Part shown: positions 44,282 to 51,565 of the stretch, piece by piece
How positions within the stretch are numbered: position 1 is the first letter of the stretch
Layout of the letters: each line of letters begins with the position of its first letter
Source of the DNA: Paenisporosarcina sp.
GTDB lineage: Bacteria > Bacillota > Bacilli > Bacillales_A > Planococcaceae
Assembly (NCBI GenBank): GCA_041576455.1
Contig: JBFGKX010000001.1
Coordinates: 1 to 51,565, forward strand
DNA: 51,565 nucleotides
Reading direction: 5' to 3'
Position numbers and translations under genes: made by a program
The notes under the pieces: model-generated
The model's input: the letters and a program-made list of their open reading frames with translations, nothing else
Databases searched by the model: none
What the model was told of the DNA's origin: nothing

Positions 44282-45010
44282 GTGTCAATCAAAACAGATC
44301 ATCGTCATTTGTATCTCCAAGTGATTGATCGCCTTAAAGACGATATTGTGAAAGGTGTATTTCAAGAGAAGGAAAAACTACCTTCAGAATTTGAATTAGC
44401 CAAATCACTTGGAGTCAGTCGTGCAACACTTCGTGAAGCACTTAGACTGTTGGAAGAAGAAAATGTCATCGTCAGACGACACGGAGTAGGTACATTTGTG
44501 AACCCAAAACCGATATTCACCTCAGGTATTGAGCATTTATCAAGTGTATCATCAATGATTCGTGGAGCGGGTATGGAACCTGGAACTATTTATTTGAGTT
44601 CTATGGAAGCGCTACCAAATGATGAGGATGTTAAGCGCTTTCATTGCAATGAAGACGATAATATCATTACAATCGAACGTGTCAGAACGGCAAATGGTGA
44701 ACCTGTCGTATATTGTGTGGACAAAGTACCCACAAAGTATTTGCCTCTTGATTTCTTAAGTAGGCAAGAAGGGTCGATATTCACAGCAATAGAGGAATCT
44801 GGAGAAATACGGGTAACTCATGCTGTTACATTTATAGACCCAACAGGTTATCACGAAATGGCATCACCGATACTGGAATGTGAACCAGAAACGGCGTTAC
44901 TAGTTCTGAAGCAGGTACATTATGATGACAATGATCAAGTAGTATTATATTCAAAAAACTATTTTAGAGCTGATAAATTCAGTTTCCATGTAGTGCGTAA
45001 ACGGGTGTAA
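44282..45010 (+). CDS. GntR (HutC/UTRA) family transcriptional regulator, YmfC-like
   Basis: [32 protein letters not shown]-terminal UTRA-like domain; GTG 44282 gives MSIKTD. Confidence 0.92.
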   Translation: MSIKTDHRHLYLQVIDRLKDDIVKGVFQEKEKLPSEFELAKSLGVSRATLREALRLLEEENVIVRRHGVGTFVNPKPIFTSGIEHLSSVSSMIRGAGMEPGTIYLSSMEALPNDEDVKRFHCNEDDNIITIERVRTANGEPVVYCVDKVPTKYLPLDFLSRQEGSIFTAIEESGEIRVTHAVTFIDPTGYHEMASPILECEPETALLVLKQVHYDDNDQVVLYSKNYFRADKFSFHVVRKRV

Positions 45011-45060
45011 AACAGCAAACTTCCTGCTAATAAGAAAAAAACATTTTGGGGGGTATCAAA

Positions 45061-46128
45061 TTGACTAAACGTAAATTCGGTTTAGCTTTATCAATGGTAT
45101 TGGCAGCTAGTACAATTTTAGGTGCTTGTGGCGCTAAAAAAGAAAATGAAGGCACAACAGGTACTGACGGCGAGAAAGAAACTGGTAACTTCTCAGTAGC
45201 TATGGTTACCGATATTGGTGGAGTAGACGACAAATCATTCAACCAATCTGCGTGGACAGGTCTTCAAGCCTTTGGAAAAGCAAATGGTCTTGAAAAAGGT
45301 GATGGTGGATTTGATTACTTACAATCAGCTTCTGATGCTGACTACAATACAAACTTAAATAATTTAGTACGTCGTGACTTTGACTTAGTATTTGGGATTG
45401 GATTTTTAATGGAGTCTGCTGTCAATGAAATTGCTACGCAAAAACCAGATGCACAGCTTGCAATCATTGACTCGGTTGTAGACCAACCAAATGTTGCTTC
45501 TGTCTTATTTAAAGAGCAAGAAGGTTCTTACCTTGCTGGTGTTGCAGCTGCCTTAATGACAAAATCGAAAAAAATTGGTTTTGTTGGCGGTATGGAAATC
45601 CCAGTTATCGAGCGATTTGAAGCTGGTTTCCTTGAAGGCGTAAAAGCTGTAGATCCAAATATTGAAGTTGACGTTCAGTATACTGGAGCATTTGACAAAG
45701 CTGAACTTGGTAAAACAACTGCCAACCGTATGTATTCTTCAGGTGTAGATATCATTTTCCACGCTGCTGGTGGTACTGGTAATGGTGTATTTGCTGAAGC
45801 AAAAGAATTAAAAACTAAAGATCCAAATGCTTATGTATGGGTAATTGGTGTTGACTCTGATCAATATGATGAAGGTGCTGTAGGCGATAAAAATGTTACT
45901 TTAACTTCAATGTTAAAACGTGTAGATATTGCTGTACAAAACATTTCTCAATTAGCTATGGATGATAAATTCCCTGGTGGGGAAACTACTATTTATGGTT
46001 TAGCAGAAGAAGGTGTTGGCTTAGCTGATTCACGCGGAGCAATTCCTGAAGATGTGTTAGCTCAAATTGATGAATTCTCTAAGAAAATTGCAAGTGGGGA
46101 AATCACTGTTCCTGAAACTATCGAGTAA
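45061..46128 (+). CDS. BMP family ABC transporter substrate-binding lipoprotein (nucleoside, NupN-like)
   Basis: Signal peptide with lipobox LGAC; [36 protein letters not shown]; TTG start. Confidence 0.92.
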   Translation: MTKRKFGLALSMVLAASTILGACGAKKENEGTTGTDGEKETGNFSVAMVTDIGGVDDKSFNQSAWTGLQAFGKANGLEKGDGGFDYLQSASDADYNTNLNNLVRRDFDLVFGIGFLMESAVNEIATQKPDAQLAIIDSVVDQPNVASVLFKEQEGSYLAGVAAALMTKSKKIGFVGGMEIPVIERFEAGFLEGVKAVDPNIEVDVQYTGAFDKAELGKTTANRMYSSGVDIIFHAAGGTGNGVFAEAKELKTKDPNAYVWVIGVDSDQYDEGAVGDKNVTLTSMLKRVDIAVQNISQLAMDDKFPGGETTIYGLAEEGVGLADSRGAIPEDVLAQIDEFSKKIASGEITVPETIE

Positions 46129-46145
46129 TTAAATAGTTGAGTAAT

Positions 46146-46184
46146 ACATGATGAAGGCCGGATATCCGGTCTTTATCATGTTTA
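46146..46184 (+). terminator. Long intergenic hairpin after the BMP gene
   Basis: ACATGATGAAGGCCGGA-ta-TCCGGTCTTTATCATGT with only a short T tail. Confidence 0.6.
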
Positions 46185-46285
46185 ATTACCCCTTTCTAAA
46201 TTAATAGATGAAAGGTTTTAACATTGAAACCTTTCCTGTATTAATTTATTTTTTTATAAAAATATTCCTTAAGGGAGTGAATAGA

Positions 46286-47842
46286 TTGGAACACGTTATT
46301 GAAATGCTAAATATCCGTAAAGAGTTCGGGAATTTCGTAGCAAATGACAATATTACCCTTCAACTAAAAAAAGGGGAGATTCATGCTCTTCTCGGTGAGA
46401 ATGGTGCAGGAAAATCTACATTAATGAACGTATTATTTGGGCTATATCAGCCAGAAGGCGGAGAAATTCGTGTTCGTGGTAAAGCTGTAAAAATTACGGA
46501 TCCAAATATAGCTAATAATTTGGGCATTGGCATGGTACATCAACATTTTATGCTCGTTGAAGATTTTTCAGTGACAGAAAACATTATTTTAGGAAATGAA
46601 CCAACGAATGTAGGAATGATTTCTGTAAATACTGCTGCAAAGAAAGTGAAAGAACTTTCCGAATTATACGGTTTAGATGTTGATCCACATGCAAAAATAC
46701 AAGATATTTCAGTAGGTATGCAACAACGAGTAGAAATCTTAAAAACACTTTACCGTGGAGCTGAGATTTTAATATTTGATGAACCTACAGCATCTCTTAC
46801 ACCTCAAGAAATTACGGAATTAATACGCATTATGCGTCGACTCATCGAAGAAGGAAAATCAATCATTTTAATAACGCATAAATTAAAAGAAATCATGGAT
46901 GTATCTGATCGAGTAACAATTATTCGAAAGGGTCAAGGTATTGGAACTGTAACCACTTCTGAGTCTAATCCAAATGAGCTTGCTTCTTTAATGGTTGGAC
47001 GTCAAGTAGAGTTTACAACCATAAAAACGGTTGCCAATCCTTCGACGAATGTTTTAGAAATTAAAGATTTAGTTGTTACGGATTATCGTGGAATAGAGAA
47101 AGTAAAAGGGTTAAATTTAACTGTACGAAAAGGTGAAATTGTAGGAATTGCAGGAATTGATGGCAATGGGCAATCAGAACTCATTGAAGCAATTACTGGG
47201 TTGCGTAAAGTGAAAAGTGGACATGTATTCTTAAATGAAGAAGAAATTACTGGAAAACGCCCTCGAAAAATTACGGAAGCTGGTGTAGGGCATATTCCAC
47301 AAGACCGACATAAACACGGACTAGTACTCGATTTTCCAATTGGACATAATATAGCGTTACAAACCTACTATACTAAACCAATTTCTAAAAATGGCATGAT
47401 GAACTATGCAACGATATCTAGAATTGCAAAAGAAATCATCCAAAAATTTGATGTGCGTACGCAAGGTGATCACGAACCTGCCCGAGCATTATCTGGCGGA
47501 AATCAACAAAAAGCCATAATTGGTCGTGAAATTAACCGAAATCCAGACTTACTTATTGCTGCCTTACCTACTCGTGGATTAGATGTGGGGGCAATAGAAT
47601 TTATTCACCAACAATTAATTGAACAACGTGATAAAGGAAAAGCTGTATTATTAATTTCATTTGAATTAGACGAAGTCATGAATGTCTCTGACCGTATTGC
47701 AGTTATATATGATGGACAAATTGTGGATACGCTAAATCCTCTGCAAACAAACGAACAAGAGCTTGGTTTACTAATGGCAGGTCAATCAAAAAACGGCAGC
47801 CAATCAAATCAAGTGATAGAGGAGGACCGTACAAATGTCTAA
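46286..47842 (+). CDS. ABC transporter ATP-binding protein, two NBDs (NupO-like)
   Basis: GENGAGKST, ISVGMQQRVE, FDEPT, LSGGNQQK, PTRGLDVGA; SD AAGGGAGTG before TTG 46286. Confidence 0.93.
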   Translation: MEHVIEMLNIRKEFGNFVANDNITLQLKKGEIHALLGENGAGKSTLMNVLFGLYQPEGGEIRVRGKAVKITDPNIANNLGIGMVHQHFMLVEDFSVTENIILGNEPTNVGMISVNTAAKKVKELSELYGLDVDPHAKIQDISVGMQQRVEILKTLYRGAEILIFDEPTASLTPQEITELIRIMRRLIEEGKSIILITHKLKEIMDVSDRVTIIRKGQGIGTVTTSESNPNELASLMVGRQVEFTTIKTVANPSTNVLEIKDLVVTDYRGIEKVKGLNLTVRKGEIVGIAGIDGNGQSELIEAITGLRKVKSGHVFLNEEEITGKRPRKITEAGVGHIPQDRHKHGLVLDFPIGHNIALQTYYTKPISKNGMMNYATISRIAKEIIQKFDVRTQGDHEPARALSGGNQQKAIIGREINRNPDLLIAALPTRGLDVGAIEFIHQQLIEQRDKGKAVLLISFELDEVMNVSDRIAVIYDGQIVDTLNPLQTNEQELGLLMAGQSKNGSQSNQVIEEDRTNV

Positions 47843-48881
47843 TCGATTAGTAAATAATTTAGTTCCTGTCATTTCCGTCATATTGGGGTTAATCGTAGGA
47901 GCTATTGTCATGCTTGTTAGTGGATATGATCCAATATTAGGATACGCTGCCTTATGGAATGGCATATTTGGAGATGCTTACACAGTTGGAGAAACTCTTC
48001 GTCAAATAACGCCTTATATTTTAGCGGGGTTAGCAGTTGCCTTTGCTTTTAGAACCGGTCTATTTAATATAGGGGTAGAAGGTCAGTTAATCGTTGGGTG
48101 GTTTGCTGCTGCATATGTAGGATTTGCATTCGATTTACCAAAAGTAATCCACTTACCACTTGCAATACTTGCAGCAGCAGCAGCTGGGGCTTTGTGGGGT
48201 TTTATTCCTGGGTATTTAAAAGCTCGTTTTAAAGTACACGAAGTAATCGTAACCATCATGATGAATTACGTTGCTTTACATACAACGAACGCTTTAATTC
48301 GCACCGTTTCAGATGGGGGAGATAAAACGGGTGTAATCCAGCCAACAGCATCTTTAAGATCTGACTTTTTAGAAAATCTAACTGATTTTTCTCGTTTACA
48401 TTATGGAATTATCATTGCATTAGCAATGGTTTTGGTAGTATGGATTATTTTAGAAAAAACGACTCGTGGATTTGAATTGAAAGCTGTTGGTTTAAATCAT
48501 TATGCTTCGGATTACTCAGGAATGAATGTAAATAAAAACATAATTTTAGCCATGGTCATTTCAGGAGCTTTAGCTGGATTAGGTGGTGCAATGGAGGCTT
48601 TAGGGACCTTTGAGTATGTTTCAGTAAAAGGTGGATTTACGGGCATTGGATTTGATGGGATTGCCGTAGCACTTCTTGGAGCTAATACGCCATTAGGTGT
48701 CATTTTTGGAGCAACATTATTTGGCTCATTAAAGTATGGTGCATTAAACATGCCTAACCAGGCTGGCATTCCAGTTGAAATCGTATCAATCGTAATTGCC
48801 ATCATTATTTTCTTTGTAGCCTCAGGGTATGTTATCCGTTTGTTCTTAGAACGCTTCAGCAAGAAAAAGGAGGCGAAATAA
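47835..48881 (+). CDS. ABC transporter permease (NupP-like)
   Basis: GLFNIGVEGQ, HEVIVTIMMNY, GFDGIAVALLG; hydrophobic. Confidence 0.92.
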   Translation: MSNRLVNNLVPVISVILGLIVGAIVMLVSGYDPILGYAALWNGIFGDAYTVGETLRQITPYILAGLAVAFAFRTGLFNIGVEGQLIVGWFAAAYVGFAFDLPKVIHLPLAILAAAAAGALWGFIPGYLKARFKVHEVIVTIMMNYVALHTTNALIRTVSDGGDKTGVIQPTASLRSDFLENLTDFSRLHYGIIIALAMVLVVWIILEKTTRGFELKAVGLNHYASDYSGMNVNKNIILAMVISGALAGLGGAMEALGTFEYVSVKGGFTGIGFDGIAVALLGANTPLGVIFGATLFGSLKYGALNMPNQAGIPVEIVSIVIAIIIFFVASGYVIRLFLERFSKKKEAK

Positions 48882-48882
48882 C

Positions 48883-49842
48883 ATGAGTTTTTTGGAAGTT
48901 TTATATTTTCTAGTTCCCGCAGCTATTTTTTATGCAGCGCCTCTAATTATCACTGCGATTGGTGGAGTATTTTCAGAACGTTCAGGAGTCGTTAACATTG
49001 GCTTAGAAGGACTTATGGTAGTCGGTGCGTTTGTAGGAATATTATTCAATTTAACATTTGTCCAGGTTTTTGGTGCAGGAACTGAATGGTGGGCATTGTT
49101 GGCAGCCATGATTGCAGCTGCGTTATTTTCATTATTACACGCTGTCGCAACTGTCTCTTTCCGTGCTGATCAAGTTGTATCAGGGGTTGCAATCAACTTA
49201 TTAGCCATTGCTCTATGCTTATTCTTAGTTAAAATGATTTATGGTAAAGGTCAAACTGATTTTGTTCAAGAACGTTTTCTACGTTTTGATATACCTTTAG
49301 TAGAAAAAATACCTTTTATCGGACCAATGTTTTTTCAAAACGTATATGGAACGTCTATATTAGCGATTGTCATCGCTATATTGGCTTGGGTTGTCCTTTA
49401 TTACACACCTTTCGGACTTCGCCTGCGTTCAGTCGGTGAGCACCCGATGGCAGCGGATACGATGGGGATTAATGTATCGCGTATGCGTTACATTGCTGTA
49501 ATGATTTCGGGTGGTTTAGCTGGTATTGGAGGTGCGATTTACTCCCAATCCATTTCATTAGATTTCGGTCATTCAACAATTAATGGTCAAGGATTTATGG
49601 CGTTGGCTGCAATGATTTTTGGTAAATGGCATCCATTAGGTGCAATGGGCGCAGCTTTATTCTTTGGGTTTGCTCAAGCTCTTAGCATTGTTGGCGGATC
49701 ACTTCCAATTATTAAAGAAGTACCAAGTGTGTTCTTATTAATTTTACCGTATGTCTTAACGATTCTTGCATTAGCAGGTTTCATCGGAAAAGCAAATGCA
49801 CCAAAAGCAATTGGAACTCCTTATATAAAAGGAAAACGATAA
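48883..49842 (+). CDS. ABC transporter permease (NupQ-like)
   Basis: SERSGVVNIGLEG, GLRLRSVGEHP, GFMALAAMIFGKW, LPYVLT. Confidence 0.92.
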   Translation: MSFLEVLYFLVPAAIFYAAPLIITAIGGVFSERSGVVNIGLEGLMVVGAFVGILFNLTFVQVFGAGTEWWALLAAMIAAALFSLLHAVATVSFRADQVVSGVAINLLAIALCLFLVKMIYGKGQTDFVQERFLRFDIPLVEKIPFIGPMFFQNVYGTSILAIVIAILAWVVLYYTPFGLRLRSVGEHPMAADTMGINVSRMRYIAVMISGGLAGIGGAIYSQSISLDFGHSTINGQGFMALAAMIFGKWHPLGAMGAALFFGFAQALSIVGGSLPIIKEVPSVFLLILPYVLTILALAGFIGKANAPKAIGTPYIKGKR

Positions 49843-49852
49843 ATCTACTTCT

Positions 49853-49883
49853 GGGACTAGGCAATCTGCTTAGTCCTTTTTTT
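49853..49883 (+). terminator. Intrinsic terminator after the ABC operon
   Basis: GGGACTAGGCA-atc-TGCTTAGTCC followed by a T run. Confidence 0.85.
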
Positions 49884-49893
49884 AACACGCTAT

Positions 49894-49923
49894 TTGCAAT
49901 CATTTGTCAGCTCCATGTATAGT
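49894..49923 (+). promoter_or_regulatory. SigA promoter for ymfF-ymfH
   Basis: TTGCAA, 18 bp, TATAGT. Confidence 0.55.
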
Positions 49924-49966
49924 GAAAGATATGGTATGGCATATTAAAGAGATAGGGGGGATTTCG

Positions 49967-51253
49967 ATGTTTCAATCCATCGAGTTACAACAAGGCATTC
50001 ATCTACATATTCGGCCAACTGATCAATTTAAAACTGTGAATTTTTCTTTTAAATTTAAACAACTATTAACAAATCAATCTGCTTCTGAACGTTCAGTCCT
50101 TGCGAATGTATTATTACACAGTAATGAGAATTATCCATCCAATCCTGCATTTCGTAGTTATTTAGACGAACTTTATGGGACAATCATGTACTTGGATTCA
50201 AGTAAAAAGGGAAGTTTTCATACAATTACCATGCTGGCTGAATCAGTAAACGATCAATATTTGTCTACTTCCGGAGTGCTTGATCAAGTATTAAATTTAT
50301 TACAATCCGTTTTATTCCGGCCAAATTTTGAACAAGGAACGTTTAGAGAAGCAATTGTAAATCGAGAAAAAGATACGGTTATTCAACGCATTGAATCACT
50401 ATATGACGATAAAACTCGATATGCACAACAACGACTAGTTGAAATAATGCGCCCGAATCATCCAGCATCCATTGGTGCCAACGGAACTATTGAAGAAGTT
50501 TCTGCGATAACTAGCGATTCTTTATTAAAAGCGTATAAAAAAATGCTTGAAGAAGATGAGTTAGATATTTATGTTGTTGGTGATGTAAATGTTGAAGAAA
50601 TGACAACTAAAATAAAACAGTTATTCCCATTCGAAGCTCGAAATGTAGAAGATGATAAAATACATCAAAATATTGAACACCCAACTATTGAACAGGATAC
50701 GGTAAATGAACATCAAGAAATGAAACAAGGAAAGCTACACATAGGTTATCAGACGCCTGTATCATTTACGCATCCGGATTTTCCTAAAATGCAAATTACA
50801 AATGGAATATTTGGAGGATATCCTCATGCGAAATTGTTTATAAATGTTCGTGAAAAAGAAAGTATGGCTTATTATGTTTCAAGTTCATTCTCTTCATCCT
50901 ATGGGTTAGTTTTTGTATTAGCAGGAATTGATTCAAACAAACGTGAGAAGGCGGTTCGGTTAATTGACGAGCAATTAAATGCAATGAAAGCAGGAAGTAT
51001 TTCGCAAAATGAAATCGATCAAACCGTTGCAATGTTAAAAAACCAATTAAGAGAAGCTCTCGATTCAGCAAGAGGCCAAATCGAAATATATGATCAATAT
51101 AAGGATCTTGATGATGTATTTTCAGTTGAAGCCTGGGTTGAAAAATGGAACGTAGTTACCATTAAAGATGTGCAAGAGATGGCGAATTCTATTACCAAAC
51201 AACTCGTATATTTCTTGTCTGGAAAGGAGGAGTTGTCTCATGAAGGAGCTTAA
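49967..51253 (+). CDS. ymfF: Inactive M16 peptidase-like protein YmfF
   Basis: T.QFKT, L.ELYG, QGKL..GY, NGIFGG..HAKLF.NVREKES.AYY; no HxxEH motif; SD GGGGGG before ATG 49967. Confidence 0.88.
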   Translation: MFQSIELQQGIHLHIRPTDQFKTVNFSFKFKQLLTNQSASERSVLANVLLHSNENYPSNPAFRSYLDELYGTIMYLDSSKKGSFHTITMLAESVNDQYLSTSGVLDQVLNLLQSVLFRPNFEQGTFREAIVNREKDTVIQRIESLYDDKTRYAQQRLVEIMRPNHPASIGANGTIEEVSAITSDSLLKAYKKMLEEDELDIYVVGDVNVEEMTTKIKQLFPFEARNVEDDKIHQNIEHPTIEQDTVNEHQEMKQGKLHIGYQTPVSFTHPDFPKMQITNGIFGGYPHAKLFINVREKESMAYYVSSSFSSSYGLVFVLAGIDSNKREKAVRLIDEQLNAMKAGSISQNEIDQTVAMLKNQLREALDSARGQIEIYDQYKDLDDVFSVEAWVEKWNVVTIKDVQEMANSITKQLVYFLSGKEELSHEGA

Positions 51254-51565
51254 CTTTAATCAATTAGATGAGAAGCTATTTCACGAAAAAATGAATAATG
51301 GCTTAGAAGTGTACATTTTACCAAAAAAAGGGTTTTCTAAAACCTATGTTACTTTTACAACAAAGTATGGGGCGATTGATCGTACGTTTGTGCCACTTGG
51401 AGAATCTGAAAGGGTTACTGTACCGGATGGTATTGCCCACTTTTTAGAACATAAGATGTTTGAAAAAGAGGATGGAGACGTATTCCAAAAATTTAGTGGT
51501 TTTGGAGCTTCTGCAAATGCATTTACATCCTTTACAAGAACAGCTTATTTATTTTCTGCAACGGA
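51240..51565 (+). CDS. ymfH: M16 family peptidase YmfH (3'-truncated by window edge)
   Basis: Not in the ORF track. My translation: MKELNFNQLDEKLFHEKMNNGLEVYILPKKG...VPDGIAHFLEHKMFEK...ANAFTSF. SD AAGGAGG; overlaps the ymfF end. Confidence 0.92.
   Translation, partial: MKELNFNQLDEKLFHEKMNNGLEVYILPKKGFSKTYVTFTTKYGAIDRTFVPLGESERVTVPDGIAHFLEHKMFEKEDGDVFQKFSGFGASANAFTSFTRTAYLFSAT

Noticed and set aside
88-51071. Numerous minus-strand ORFs of 60-160 aa in the track
   Set aside because: Nearly all lie antisense to conserved genes and read as codon-bias shadows; none has recognisable motifs.

Overview
A conserved core-genome segment of a low-GC Bacillales bacterium. Gene order and content fit Planococcaceae/Caryophanaceae, which is an inference. 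All 46 credible CDSs lie on the + strand: rnhB(partial)-sucCD-dprA-topA-trmFO-xerC-hslVU-codY-rpsB-tsf-pyrH-frr-uppS-cdsA-dxr-rseP-proS-polC-rimP-nusA-ylxR-ylxQ-infB-ylxP-rbfA-truB-ribF-rpsO-pnp-M16 peptidase-ymxH-dpaAB-asd-dapA-rnjB-ftsK/spoIIIE-GntR regulator-BMP/nucleoside ABC transporter-ymfF-ymfH(partial). I saw no rRNA, tRNA, CRISPR array, mobile element, prophage or defence island, and I cannot support a previously undescribed multi-gene system here. The points worth a second look are smaller. (1) Genes are absent relative to the Bacillus subtilis order: the fla/che operon, ylqG/ylqH, dapG, ylxY and tepA. (2) A sigmaK-like promoter precedes a fused ymxH-dpaA-dpaB unit with a divergent DpaA. 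(3) infB carries a 30-bp tandem repeat expansion. (4) NusA has a microsatellite-like N-terminal extension. (5) A promoter is nested inside the trmFO terminator hairpin. (6) There is a candidate GntR operator. Many start codons were refined from the ORF track using Shine-Dalgarno (SD) position.
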